In this document: positions 1 to 9,474 of the stretch, in pieces
How positions within the stretch are numbered: position 1 is the first letter of the stretch
How the letters are laid out: the number at the start of each line of letters is the position of its first letter
IMG/VR virus record: IMGVR_UViG_3300012157_000001
Span: 96,001 to 160,000 of that record
DNA from: a virus
Taxonomy: Duplodnaviria; Caudoviricetes
Strand: one strand, 5' to 3'
Length of the DNA stretch: 64,000 nucleotides
Program-made: the position numbers and the translations under genes
The notes under the pieces: model-generated
Database searches by the model: none
What the model was told of the DNA's origin: nothing
Seen by the model: only the letters and a program-made list of their open reading frames with translations

Positions 1-164
1 GAACGAAAGGCGTATGGCGCCAAGGCAGCACTTCGGGCGGCCACGACGGTCGCATTCGCCGCAGCCGTGGAGGAGTGCGAGGCGTACTCGAAGGGCACGA
101 CATCAGTGGAGGCCAAGGCGGTCGCGATGAATCTCGCGGTGCGCATCACACGGAGAGCAAAACA

Positions 165-731
165 ATGAGCGGGCAAATCATCCAGTACCGAGACGACCTT
201 GTCAGGTGTTTCGTGGACACCGAGTTCTATGAAGACGGCAAAACGATCGACCTGATCAGTCTCGGAGCGGTGCGCTCCGACGGCAGGGAGTTCTACGCCG
301 TGAGCTCCGAGGCGAAACTCGACCGTGTGTCGGAGTGGGTCCGGGACAACGTCTTGCCGCACCTGCCTCCCCAGGGCGACCCGGCCTGGCAAACGCGCTC
401 CGAGATCGCTCTCGGATTCTCGGCATTCATGATCGGCCTCGACCGCGAGAAGATCGGCGAAACCTGGGAGCAGGTCGGCGAAGTCTGGGGCTACTACTCC
501 GACTACGACTGGGTCGGCATCTGCCAGCTATACGGCACGATGATGGGGCTGCCGACACACTTCCCGATGTACTGCCTCGACCTGAAGCAGCTCTCGTGGA
601 TGCTCGGTAACCCGAAGCACCCAGAGCAAGAGACGGGCGAGCACCACGCGCTGCATGACGCGCGCTGGAACCGCGACCTGTTCGCGTTTCTACGCACTGT
701 GCCGAGCGGCGTGCGGCGCTACGGCCGATAG
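165..731 (+). CDS. DEDDh 3'-5' exoribonuclease (RNase AS / Rv2179c-like)
   Basis: FVDTEFYEDGKTIDLISLG...REFYAVS and HHALHDARWN motifs; ATG at 165 overlaps the stop of an upstream partial ORF (ATGA). Confidence 0.85.
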   Translation: MSGQIIQYRDDLVRCFVDTEFYEDGKTIDLISLGAVRSDGREFYAVSSEAKLDRVSEWVRDNVLPHLPPQGDPAWQTRSEIALGFSAFMIGLDREKIGETWEQVGEVWGYYSDYDWVGICQLYGTMMGLPTHFPMYCLDLKQLSWMLGNPKHPEQETGEHHALHDARWNRDLFAFLRTVPSGVRRYGR

Positions 732-743
732 GAAAGGACACCG

Positions 744-1670
744 ATGTACGACGCAAGAGTCTTGGCGCATTCCGTGAGCCCCACCGGTTACGAGCTCGTC
801 ACGCTCGCAGCCACGTTCCCTCGAATCATCCTCGCCGAGGCCAACACGCATCGCGTGCTGTCACGGAACAGCGCTTCGTCGCGCGCAATCCCCGTGGAGC
901 GGCGTATCAAGCAGATCCGGTCCTCTTGCTTCATTCCCGAGGCGTTCGGCAAGAACAAGAGCGGCATGCGGGCTGACGAGCCGCTCGGGGAGGACGAGGA
1001 CAGCCTTGCACGGACCATTTGGGCGAAGGCCGCGGAGGACGCCGCCATCCACGCGGATGCGCTTGCGGCGATCGGAGTCCACAAGCAGCACGCGAACCGT
1101 CTCATCGAGACGTTCGCCTGGCACACTATTATCGTCACCGCGACCGAGTGGGCGAACTGGGACGCGCTCCGCGTGAGCAAGAACGCTCAGCCCGAGATGC
1201 ACAAGATCGCCGGCATGATGCGCGAGGTACGGCTCGCCAGCGTTGGGGTGGCTGTAGACTACGACCAGTGGCACCTGCCGCTCGTGCGTGGCACTCCATC
1301 TTTCGGCAGGCCGATACAGGAGATCTTTGCCGAGGAGCACGATCTTCGGACCCGCGGCATCGATCCGGTGAAGGTCTGTGTCGGGCGTTGCGCCGCCGTG
1401 AGCTACGAGCGCCACACCGTAGACAGCACCCCGGAAAAAGACGCCGCGCGCTACGATGGGCTCCGTTCGAATGGGCACATGTCGCCGTTCGAGCACGCCT
1501 GCCGGCCCATGGCTCCTACGGAGCTCGACCTGTTCGCGCAACCTGAGTGCGTCTGGGACGGATCGCGGTTCCTGCGCACCGGTCGGATTCGACACTTCCT
1601 CGGGAACGTCGAAGGGTGGATTCAGCAGAGGAAGATGATCCCTGGAGAGGACGTATACACCGGAGAGTAG
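744..1670 (+). CDS. thyX: flavin-dependent thymidylate synthase (ThyX/Thy1, phage type)
   Basis: FPRIILAEANTHRVLSRNSASSRAIP (RHRxxSxxxxSxR-like), HKQHANRL, AQPE, GHMSPFEH; RBS GGAAAGGA upstream. Confidence 0.88.
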   Translation: MYDARVLAHSVSPTGYELVTLAATFPRIILAEANTHRVLSRNSASSRAIPVERRIKQIRSSCFIPEAFGKNKSGMRADEPLGEDEDSLARTIWAKAAEDAAIHADALAAIGVHKQHANRLIETFAWHTIIVTATEWANWDALRVSKNAQPEMHKIAGMMREVRLASVGVAVDYDQWHLPLVRGTPSFGRPIQEIFAEEHDLRTRGIDPVKVCVGRCAAVSYERHTVDSTPEKDAARYDGLRSNGHMSPFEHACRPMAPTELDLFAQPECVWDGSRFLRTGRIRHFLGNVEGWIQQRKMIPGEDVYTGE

Positions 1671-1679
1671 GAGAATGAC

Positions 1680-1898
1680 ATGAGTGACGTCACTGAAGTC
1701 AGTTGTGCGCTGTTCAACAAACTCACGCAAAAGAAGGTCTGCGACGTGAAGCTCTTCGCTGTTCCTCGGCCGGGCGACCATGTAGTCGCGCGGCGAGCCT
1801 TCCAGGTCGTGGAGGTTTGGCACGTGGCCGGCAAGGGAATCTGCCTGGTCGTCGAAGAGACGACATCTGGCCTCCCCTCCTACATGCGAGCCTCCTGA
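1680..1898 (+). CDS. hypothetical protein
   Basis: RBS AGGAG, operon position. Confidence 0.6.
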   Translation: MSDVTEVSCALFNKLTQKKVCDVKLFAVPRPGDHVVARRAFQVVEVWHVAGKGICLVVEETTSGLPSYMRAS

Positions 1899-1901
1899 CC
1901 G

Positions 1902-2240
1902 ATGGACGGCCACCGAGTTTATGTGCGGCTGCCCATTGGGGCAAAGCTCAGCGCCGAGCAGGGGGTCGGCAGCATCGCGATCGACTGCCCCCCGGAGGGG
2001 CTCGACGAGCTCTGCAAGTGGCTCCGACTGACGGCTGATTCGCTCGACGGAAAGCTCAGCGCATCCGAGCTCGGCTACCTCCAGGAGCTCGTGGAAGAGC
2101 AAGCGGACGCGCGCGGCAAGCTGCGCGCCATCGAAGCCTGTCAGCGTTACGCCCAGGAGCACCCAGCGGACGCTCTGACTGCAACACGGATCGCGGAGAA
2201 CATCGCACGGAATCAAGCGGTGAAGGACAACCCCCGGTGA
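1902..2240 (+). CDS. hypothetical protein
   Basis: tight operon packing; GTGA overlap with next ORF. Confidence 0.6.
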   Translation: MDGHRVYVRLPIGAKLSAEQGVGSIAIDCPPEGLDELCKWLRLTADSLDGKLSASELGYLQELVEEQADARGKLRAIEACQRYAQEHPADALTATRIAENIARNQAVKDNPR

Positions 2241-2455
2241 AGTACCGAGCCTTCTGCATCAATTACGAACCGCCCGGCTTTGCATTGAGCAAGGCGACCA
2301 TCGATTCTCTGATGTCCACGGCGGACGTGTGCGTGTTCGCGCCGAAGGGGATCCCGGTCGGCGTGAGAGTCGACGCCTTCAACGGCAAGCGGCTTCGATG
2401 CGTCGCCCATGAGCACCACGGCAAGATCGTGATCCTGGAGGACGACCCGTCGTGA
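2237..2455 (+). CDS. hypothetical protein
   Basis: GTGA overlaps on both sides. Confidence 0.55.
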   Translation: MKYRAFCINYEPPGFALSKATIDSLMSTADVCVFAPKGIPVGVRVDAFNGKRLRCVAHEHHGKIVILEDDPS

Positions 2456-2718
2456 AGCGTGCTCGCCCTCCGAAGTCGAAGCTGCCGTACCCGTTGGTCG
2501 CCTGCTCGCACCACAACGGCGACCCGCTGCCGGGTTACGTCGTTTGCGTGCATGCCATCGACGAGCCAGAGCTGCCAGTAACGGTCGAGCGTGCGACTGC
2601 TACGAACGCCGGCACCGTGCTCTGCGGCGTGTGCTCCGGAGATCCCGACGTGCCGGTGGAGTTACTGAAGACGACGTGCGCGCACTTCGTGGCCGAGAAG
2701 TTCGGAGTCGATCTTTGA
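2452..2718 (+). CDS. hypothetical Cys/His-rich protein
   Basis: coupled ORF; CxH, CVH, CxxC. Confidence 0.55.
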   Translation: MKRARPPKSKLPYPLVACSHHNGDPLPGYVVCVHAIDEPELPVTVERATATNAGTVLCGVCSGDPDVPVELLKTTCAHFVAEKFGVDL

Positions 2719-3248
2719 CCGCGCCGTTCAGCCTGGCGGCGCCGAAGCAGCCGTTCGCCGTCTTCTCCAAATGCAAGCGCTACCGATACATGCTCGGATG
2801 GCCGGCGAAGGCCGACGGCCGCGGCGTCGCGTTGTTCATTTTAGCCAATCCGTCGACCGCGACAGCTGAGCAGACCGACCCAACTGTCACGCGCTGCATC
2901 GGCTACGCGACGCGCTGGGGCTACGAGTGGTGTCACGTCGTGAACGCCCGCGCATGGCGCGAGACGGATCCCCGGAAGGTACCGACGGACCCGCTCGCGA
3001 TCAGCGAGCCAGGTGAGCCAGCCCTGAACGACGACACGATTCAGCACGAAGCAACGCGAGCCGGCATCGTCATCTGCGGCTGGGGAGCGCTTGGCGGAGA
3101 TCGAGGTCCACAGATTCTCGCCTACCTGCGTGCCGCTGGTGTGCGGTCCTTCGCGCTCGCCCTGAACGACGACGGTACGCCACGCCACCCGCTCGCGCGG
3201 GGCAAGCTCGCCATTCCGAAAGACGTTCGACCCGTACCCATCCCATAG
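2715..3248 (+). CDS. DUF1643 family protein
   Basis: YRYML...LFILANPSTA...DPTVTRCIGYA..WGY...VVN...CGWG...PRHPL; TTG start overlaps previous stop. Confidence 0.85.
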   Translation: MTAPFSLAAPKQPFAVFSKCKRYRYMLGWPAKADGRGVALFILANPSTATAEQTDPTVTRCIGYATRWGYEWCHVVNARAWRETDPRKVPTDPLAISEPGEPALNDDTIQHEATRAGIVICGWGALGGDRGPQILAYLRAAGVRSFALALNDDGTPRHPLARGKLAIPKDVRPVPIP

Positions 3249-3263
3249 CCCTACGGAGAATCT

Positions 3264-3470
3264 ATGCAAGACGCCCACGCAACCGAGTTCAGTCACGAAT
3301 TCAACATCGCCATTACCCTGCGAGAGATGGGCAAAGGCTACGAGTCGGCGGCGTCAGCCCTCGAACGCGGCGAGAAGATCACGGAGGCCACAATCGCCGA
3401 CATCGAGCAGGCGACGACTGAAGTTGTCAGCAACCTACGGGCCCTATTGAAGGCGCCGGTGTCCGGATGA
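3264..3470 (+). CDS. hypothetical protein
   Basis: RBS GGAG, helical acidic sequence. Confidence 0.55.
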   Translation: MQDAHATEFSHEFNIAITLREMGKGYESAASALERGEKITEATIADIEQATTEVVSNLRALLKAPVSG

Positions 3471-3498
3471 GCGCCGACGTGGAACCCGGCAGTTTCGA

Positions 3499-3684
3499 AT
3501 GACCGCAAATAAGCTGACGGCGCGGTGGTTTCTCTACGGAATAAGCATCGCATTTCTGTTCGTCGGAGCGTTCGGCCTCCGCTACACGGCCGACTACCGG
3601 TGGTGCTGGGCATTTGTCGCCAGCATCCTGTGCGGCCTGGGAGTGATCCGGCCAGAGAACGAAGACGACGAAGGGCGCCGATGA
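3499..3684 (+). CDS. small two-TM membrane protein
   Basis: two hydrophobic segments; ATGA coupling to next ORF. Confidence 0.55.
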   Translation: MTANKLTARWFLYGISIAFLFVGAFGLRYTADYRWCWAFVASILCGLGVIRPENEDDEGRR

Positions 3685-3896
3685 AAACTGGATGGGAAAT
3701 CGTCTGCCCGGACGGGAAGGTGCGACACTACCCGTACATCAACTTCGAGGATGCTGAGTTCGACGCCAAGACAGCGGCATCCGGGAAATGCCAGTTCTAC
3801 CCAACGCCCGGTGCGCTGGAGGTACAGCACGGGCCCTGCCCAGGCGGTCCGCACGGGCTTCGGCCTGCTGCGCTTCCGACTGGGGGCGAAGCCTGA
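3681..3896 (+). CDS. hypothetical protein
   Basis: MKTGWEIVCPDG..., coupled on both sides. Confidence 0.55.
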   Translation: MKTGWEIVCPDGKVRHYPYINFEDAEFDAKTAASGKCQFYPTPGALEVQHGPCPGGPHGLRPAALPTGGEA

Positions 3897-4174
3897 TGAA
3901 TCCGCACAATTGGCTCTCCCGCATCTCCGGGCTGCCGCCGTGGCCGCTCCCGGTTCCGCCGGCCGACACGGTGCGCTGGCGCTGCCAGTACTGTGGAATG
4001 GAGGGGACCTGGAAAGAGCTCCACGCCGTCGCCTGCAGCTACGTCTATCCGCCATGCCCGTCTTGCGGGCAGACTCCAGAATGTGCAGCCGACTGCCGCG
4101 GGATCGCGGAGGCGCTAGCCGCCCCCGGTGTGCACATCATCGGGACCTTCGACCCCAACCTACCGAAAGCCTGA
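3896..4174 (+). CDS. small Zn-finger protein
   Basis: CQYC, CPSC, CAADC; TGATG coupling. Confidence 0.55.
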   Translation: MNPHNWLSRISGLPPWPLPVPPADTVRWRCQYCGMEGTWKELHAVACSYVYPPCPSCGQTPECAADCRGIAEALAAPGVHIIGTFDPNLPKA

Positions 4175-4179
4175 CGCCA

Positions 4180-4926
4180 ATGGCAGCGCCCGACCAATTG
4201 TACCTAGAGCAGTGGCCCGAGAGCGCGGACCGCGACGACCGCATCTTCTACGAGCCAACGGGCTACGGGGAGGACGGCAGGGGCAACGCGAGCGCCATCA
4301 CCGTGTACGTGAAGGAGAGCCTCGCGGGTAACCCAACGCCGCATACGGCGCGCGTTGCGTTTAAGAGCTGGTCGCTCGACGTTCAACGCGCATTCCTTGC
4401 GGACCTACACGGGGAACACGCTTACGCAGCAGGCGCGGCTGATGCAGCGTTCCCGATCGAGCTTGTCGGAGGTTCACACGGGCTACGCGCAGAGTGGGCG
4501 CACGGGCGCGCGCACTGTGCCGAGCGGAAGGCGCAGATCGATACTGGTGCGCGCGGAGAGCTTCAGCTGGCCGAAGCCGCCGCAAGGGTCACGTGGGATT
4601 TCGTTGAGGACGACGTGGGCTTCGACGAGGACCAGCTCGCGGCTCGCCGAACGGCCCGTGAGCGCCTCTGCGCCGAACCCGTCGTCGAGATTGCGGCGAT
4701 GGAGGGCGAGTCCAGCGGCAGCGACGGGGAGCCGTACTGGTACGCCATTTTCCTGCGGGACCGAGCCGCCGAGAAGGCGATTGGGCTTTCGGTCGGAACA
4801 ATTCAGTGCGCCTCCGGTCGCCCGACCGAGCAGGCCATCATCGCCGCGCTCACCCGTTGGCGTCCGGGACCGGAATACCGGGTGACAAAACGGGTGTTCA
4901 GCCACGGGGGCTCGATCATTGGCTAG
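4180..4926 (+). CDS. hypothetical protein
   Basis: globular-looking sequence from MAAPDQLY; operon position. Confidence 0.6.
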   Translation: MAAPDQLYLEQWPESADRDDRIFYEPTGYGEDGRGNASAITVYVKESLAGNPTPHTARVAFKSWSLDVQRAFLADLHGEHAYAAGAADAAFPIELVGGSHGLRAEWAHGRAHCAERKAQIDTGARGELQLAEAAARVTWDFVEDDVGFDEDQLAARRTARERLCAEPVVEIAAMEGESSGSDGEPYWYAIFLRDRAAEKAIGLSVGTIQCASGRPTEQAIIAALTRWRPGPEYRVTKRVFSHGGSIIG

Positions 4927-4938
4927 GAGAGCATCGAC

Positions 4939-5454
4939 ATGAGCATGCGCTGCATCTCGTGCGACCAGGAGCAGCGTCCGGCGTCGCCACACACCACTCC
5001 GCTGGATCAGCAGCCGAGCTATGGGTTAGTCCTCTACACGCACGGTAACTACGGATCAGGCCTGTTCGATCCGATGGACGACACGCACCTGGAGCTCTAC
5101 CTTTGCGACGGCTGCGCGGAGAAAAAGGCTGCGTCCGTCTATCACGTGACGCCCGGCGCGCGACGACAAGACAACGTGCACGTTCGTTTCGACGAGTGGC
5201 TCGATGCAAGAACGAAAACGGAGGAAGTCCTGATGGCCAACCCTGAACGTCTCAAGATGGCGCAACGCCTAGTGGAGGCAAAGCACGATGCTGGGGTCCA
5301 CCCGGAGCACGGCGTGGTGATCTACTTCTCAAACAGAATTTGGCGCGTGGCCGGAGGGGATCCGCGCTCGCCCTCACTGATGGGACTCGCCGGTGTACGA
5401 GTCAGCGAGGTGACGTGGCTCAAACCGGGGCACAGACCGGAACCGGTGACGTGA
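4939..5454 (+). CDS. hypothetical protein (CxxC...CxxC)
   Basis: RBS AGGAG; HGNYGSGLFD motif. Confidence 0.6.
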   Translation: MSMRCISCDQEQRPASPHTTPLDQQPSYGLVLYTHGNYGSGLFDPMDDTHLELYLCDGCAEKKAASVYHVTPGARRQDNVHVRFDEWLDARTKTEEVLMANPERLKMAQRLVEAKHDAGVHPEHGVVIYFSNRIWRVAGGDPRSPSLMGLAGVRVSEVTWLKPGHRPEPVT

Positions 5455-5978
5455 CGATCGATCTGGAGCTGACGCTGAACCGATTCGGGTTCGAGCGCGT
5501 CGCATCCAATAAGCTACAACTCGGGCCCGTGCGCCTCTCCTGGTGGCGCGGCACCGGAAAGCACTCAGTCAGCATGGAGGTAAACTGGAAGACAATGAAC
5601 ACACGAGACGAGCGCCAGCGGCGCGTGTACGAGTGGGTGCGAACCACCTTCGGACTCGCCAACCAGGACGCTCACGAACGCGCTCTGCGCTTCTTCGAGG
5701 AAGCCGCGGAGCTCGCCCAGGCCGAGGGCATCCGTGAGGAAGAGCTGCTCCGAATCGTCCAGCACGTCTGCGCAAAGCCAGCTGGCAGGCCCGAGCAGGA
5801 GGCCGGCGGCGCCGGCACGACGCTGCTCGCGTACTGCGCCTCGAAGGGCTTTTCCGCAGACGACGCCGAGCGGCGCGAGTTCGAGCGCGTTCTCACGATC
5901 CCTGCTGCGCACTTTCGGCAGCGCCACCGCGTCAAATCGGATGCCGGCATTGCGCTCCCTTGCTCGGACGACCCATGA
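5451..5978 (+). CDS. MazG-like nucleotide pyrophosphohydrolase fold protein
   Basis: EWVRTTFG...ERALRFFEEAAELAQA...QEAGG pattern (EExxE helix). Confidence 0.55.
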   Translation: MTIDLELTLNRFGFERVASNKLQLGPVRLSWWRGTGKHSVSMEVNWKTMNTRDERQRRVYEWVRTTFGLANQDAHERALRFFEEAAELAQAEGIREEELLRIVQHVCAKPAGRPEQEAGGAGTTLLAYCASKGFSADDAERREFERVLTIPAAHFRQRHRVKSDAGIALPCSDDP

Positions 5979-6355
5979 TCGGCCTCGCGCCACAGCCGTT
6001 TTCTGACCGCGTCGATCGCTGCCCTAGTTGCAAGGTAGGACTGGTGCTTGAGTGCGACTTCGGCTGGTGGTGCTCGCGTCGATACGATCCGGATAACCCC
6101 TGCGGCTGGGAGAAGGGAGATCCCGGCCCGAGTGCAGCACCGGAGACGAAGACGACCCAGCATGACGAGCATCTGCGGAAGTACCGGAAGCGGCGCGCGC
6201 TACGGCACCGCGAGATGTTGAAGCCGCGGCGCTGCGACGCCTGCAAGCAGCCCATCTGCTGCTTTTTCGGCCAACGTTCCGTCGAGGATCTCTTGGCCCC
6301 CGGCGGCGTTTGGATTCTGCACCCCAGCTGCAGCCCTCCGATCGGGCCGGCTTGA
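5975..6355 (+). CDS. hypothetical Zn-ribbon protein
   Basis: CPSC...C...C, CDAC...HPSC; ATGA coupling. Confidence 0.5.
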   Translation: MIGLAPQPFSDRVDRCPSCKVGLVLECDFGWWCSRRYDPDNPCGWEKGDPGPSAAPETKTTQHDEHLRKYRKRRALRHREMLKPRRCDACKQPICCFFGQRSVEDLLAPGGVWILHPSCSPPIGPA

Positions 6356-6389
6356 CCCGGCGCGGCGGCTCTGGCAGCATTGCCGTCAC

Positions 6390-6833
6390 ATGGCTGAGGG
6401 ACACATCGTGTTACTTCCTTGCCCACACTGTGGCTCCACTCGGATAGTGATCGACGCGGACCTTGCAGACTCGGGCGTGCACCAAGCAGTCTGCTCCGAA
6501 TGCTGCGCCATGGGCCCAATCGTCAAAATGGACATGGACGTCATCGAAGGCAAGGAAGAGCAGCAGGCGTTCGACCTGTGGAACATGAGAGTCAAACCGG
6601 AGGACGTCGCCGCAGCCGAACGTCGAGGGCAGGCTGAGGCTCTCCGATGGGTCGCTGCCGAGCTCGAAGCACAGCTGACCGAGGCCCGGGACGACTCGCT
6701 ACGACTCCTCATCTCCGCTGGAGCACGTAGCCACATGAACGCGCTCGACGCAACCGCAACGATGTGTCGAGCGGCCGCGGTGCGCGCGCTGCGTGGTAAG
6801 GCGCTCTCGACGGGAAAGGATCCGTCCGAATGA
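6390..6833 (+). CDS. Lar-family (restriction alleviation-like) Zn-ribbon protein
   Basis: LLPCPHCGS...VCSECCAMGP...AFDLWNMR signature. Confidence 0.7.
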   Translation: MAEGHIVLLPCPHCGSTRIVIDADLADSGVHQAVCSECCAMGPIVKMDMDVIEGKEEQQAFDLWNMRVKPEDVAAAERRGQAEALRWVAAELEAQLTEARDDSLRLLISAGARSHMNALDATATMCRAAAVRALRGKALSTGKDPSE

Positions 6834-7252
6834 AACAAGAACCCACTCAGGCGGCGATTGTCGACCTGATTCAGAACCTGCGCATACTCCGAGGGCTTGC
6901 CACTCCGGGAGAGTGGTACATTTCAGACCTCGACGGCGCCTGGGCTGCCGCGGTCGACGCGCCGCTCATGAAGGCGATCGGTGAAAGCCTTGGCAAGGTC
7001 GGCGGCGGTCCTGAGCAGCCGATCGGTGACTGCGACTTCTCCGGGGCCGACGAAGCATACGCGCTCGGAGCGGTGAATTCGGTTCCGGCGCTGCTCGACG
7101 AGATCGAGCTCCTTCGCGATGCCTGCTCGACGGCTCTGAAATGGGTGGAGAACATGCGCATCGTTGCTGGCGGTGAGCGCGAGCGACTCCGCGACAAGCT
7201 GCGGCATGCGCTCGGACCAAGAGAGGACCGGGCATGCCGCTCGAAGGAGTGA
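6830..7252 (+). CDS. Ead/Ea22-like phage protein
   Basis: LATPGEW...DEAYALGAVNSVPALLDEIELLR. Confidence 0.55.
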   Translation: MKQEPTQAAIVDLIQNLRILRGLATPGEWYISDLDGAWAAAVDAPLMKAIGESLGKVGGGPEQPIGDCDFSGADEAYALGAVNSVPALLDEIELLRDACSTALKWVENMRIVAGGERERLRDKLRHALGPREDRACRSKE

Positions 7253-7836
7253 ACGCCTTTCCGCTTTGCTGGCCTGTGGGCTGGCCGCGGACGATGGACC
7301 GACGGAAATCGCCGTATGAAGTCGTTGACTTCGGCCGGAATCGCGACCTGGTCCTCGGTTCGCTGCTCAAAATGGCGGACCGCCGTGACGTTGTGATCTC
7401 GACCAATGTGCCCCTCCGTGATGACGGTCTGCCGTACGCGGCGCGGCGCAGTCCGCTCGACCCCGGCGTTGCCGTCTACTGGATGCGTGGTGGCAAGCCG
7501 CAGGTCATCGCGTGCGACCGGTGGTATCGCGTCGGGGAGAACGCCCGCGCGATCTGGTACGCCCTGGAGTCGCTGCGGCAGCTCGAACGCTGCGGCGCCT
7601 CCCAGGTCATCGAGCGCGCCTACTCCGGATTCCTTGCGCTGCCGGCGGCCGGCAGAACGAAGTCGTGGCGCGAGGTGCTGGGCTTCGAGGAGGCCAGCGC
7701 AGTGTCGGTTCAGGCGATCGAGGCTCGTTATCGTGAGTTGGCTCACATCCACCACCCGGATCACGGCGGCGGCGATACCGTGCGCATGAGCGAAATCAAT
7801 CGGGCGCGCGATCAGGCGCTCGCCGAACAGAGGTAG
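7234..7836 (+). CDS. phage J-domain (DnaJ-like) protein
   Basis: N-terminal PLCWPVGWPRT...VVISTN...DPGVAVYW...ACDRW; C-terminal WREVLG...YRELAHIHHPDHGG. Confidence 0.85.
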   Translation: MPLEGVNAFPLCWPVGWPRTMDRRKSPYEVVDFGRNRDLVLGSLLKMADRRDVVISTNVPLRDDGLPYAARRSPLDPGVAVYWMRGGKPQVIACDRWYRVGENARAIWYALESLRQLERCGASQVIERAYSGFLALPAAGRTKSWREVLGFEEASAVSVQAIEARYRELAHIHHPDHGGGDTVRMSEINRARDQALAEQR

Positions 7837-7842
7837 CCGACG

Positions 7843-8196
7843 ATGAACGACTGCCCGGTCTGGTATCACGATCCAACTGACGAAACGCGCTACGCAGTGG
7901 CGCACGACAACAAGTGCCCGGCGGACGGCACCACGCTGTATCCCACGGGCGACAGCGCTGTTTGCGTGCGATGCTGCCGAGTGTTCGACAAGGACGACGG
8001 CAGCCGCATCGGGCAATGCTGGTGGAGCGGCTTCCACGATCCCACGCGCTACGAGCTCGGCGCCATGCTCATGCTGCTGCTTCGTTCGGCGAGGCCACAT
8101 CCCGTCGAGAATCCGACGATGTGGCACGCCTGGGGTGAGGTCTGTAAGCACGCTGGACTGAATCCGGACGACTACCGCGTGCCCCGGAGCGAGTAG
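7843..8196 (+). CDS. hypothetical protein
   Basis: RBS GAGG; Cys-rich. Confidence 0.55.
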   Translation: MNDCPVWYHDPTDETRYAVAHDNKCPADGTTLYPTGDSAVCVRCCRVFDKDDGSRIGQCWWSGFHDPTRYELGAMLMLLLRSARPHPVENPTMWHAWGEVCKHAGLNPDDYRVPRSE

Positions 8197-8220
8197 CCCG
8201 ATGGCGAAGAAACTGTTCGC

Positions 8221-8595
8221 GTGGCTCCGTCGCCTATTTTGCGACCACAGTTGGGCCTGGAACCACGGCGGTGGCTGGTCGAAGCGACGCTGCGTACGCT
8301 GCGGGGACGTCGAGTGGTTCGCGTGATGCCGATCACCATCCCCGTGGGCGCGACCTGCACGCATCCGCGCATGCGCTGCCCGAACGGAGAGAGCGGCTGC
8401 GGCAAGGACTGCGGCCACTGGTGGTGCCCTGACTGCGACCTCTCCTGGGATGACGGTTTCGAGGGCAGTGAGCCACTCACCGAGATTTGCTTTCGGTGCG
8501 GCGAGGACGCGCTGATCGAGGTCGGCGCCGGCTACGCCTGCCTCAGCTGCCTGATGGTCGGGCTGTACGAGAGCAATGGGCGATTACGCGCTTAA
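8221..8595 (+). CDS. hypothetical Cys-rich protein (start uncertain)
   Basis: multiple CxxC in C-terminal half. Confidence 0.4.
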   Translation: MAPSPILRPQLGLEPRRWLVEATLRTLRGRRVVRVMPITIPVGATCTHPRMRCPNGESGCGKDCGHWWCPDCDLSWDDGFEGSEPLTEICFRCGEDALIEVGAGYACLSCLMVGLYESNGRLRA

Positions 8596-9022
8596 GCGGG
8601 GCCCCTGGAAGCGCAAGGGCGGCCCGTGTCCAGAGTGCGGCTCGGAGCGGTGTCGCTCCGTGCGGGGCTACGCCTGCTGGGTACGCTCGTTCCGACGTGC
8701 GCTCAAGGACCACAACTACATCCGTTGTGGGGAACAGACGCGCTACCTGCGCGAGGCTGAACTCACGATGATGATGGCGCCTCAGCCATCCGGGAACGAA
8801 GTCTATTACGGCCCAGCGTGGGCGGTCGTGCTCATCACGGCGCTTCGGCATGAGGCAAAGGAAGCTCAGCAACGCCTCACGGTGGTCCACGTGGCTGAAC
8901 TGCTCAGGACAAGTAAGAGCTACGGGCCCGTGCCTCCCGAGCTCATCACCAGGCTCGAAGCTCTTCGAGCGTTCGCGGTACTCCGAGGCTGGCGATACGA
9001 GCACGGAATGTGGTATCGGTAG
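8576..9022 (+). CDS. hypothetical protein
   Basis: CPECG; overlaps neighbours in operon. Confidence 0.5.
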   Translation: MGDYALKRGPWKRKGGPCPECGSERCRSVRGYACWVRSFRRALKDHNYIRCGEQTRYLREAELTMMMAPQPSGNEVYYGPAWAVVLITALRHEAKEAQQRLTVVHVAELLRTSKSYGPVPPELITRLEALRAFAVLRGWRYEHGMWYR

Positions 9023-9474
9023 CGGCAGTGCTCGCAGCCGTCCGCGTCGCGCAGGGGATCTACCAGGGCCCCTGCCCGAAGTCGGCCGAACAGGTACGCC
9101 GCTACGGCTTCCACGTCCTGACTTTCTGCGCGCGCGAGATTCAGCCCGTGATTCACGACCCACAGGGACTTCGCGTGCTCTACGCACCGATGAATGACAG
9201 CCCGACGAATCCGATGACCGAAGAGGAGTGGACGAGCGCTCAGCAAGCGGGCCGCGAGATCGCACGTGTCCATTCGACCGGTGGTCGCGCGCTGACGACC
9301 TGCGCAATGGGCCTGAACCGTTCCGGAATCGTGAATGCGCTCGCGCTGCACTACCGTTTCGGTGTTTCTGGCGCGGAGGCCATCGATCAGATCCGTCGCA
9401 CCAGGGGTCCCATGGCGCTCAGCAATCCGAGCTTTGTCGAGCGGCTTCGACGACTACCCGTGCGCGTCAGTTGA
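9010..9474 (+). CDS. dual-specificity protein phosphatase
   Basis: CX5R P-loop TCAMGLNRSG, PMND acid loop, AIDQIRRTR...NPSF. Confidence 0.85.
   Translation: MVSVAAVLAAVRVAQGIYQGPCPKSAEQVRRYGFHVLTFCAREIQPVIHDPQGLRVLYAPMNDSPTNPMTEEEWTSAQQAGREIARVHSTGGRALTTCAMGLNRSGIVNALALHYRFGVSGAEAIDQIRRTRGPMALSNPSFVERLRRLPVRVS

Noticed and set aside
6871-8418. 515-aa - strand ORF and similar long alternative-frame ORFs (861..2216, 20825..22222, 47699..49018, 50586..51788)
   Set aside because: They overlap well-supported genes on the opposite strand; long shadow ORFs are expected at this GC content
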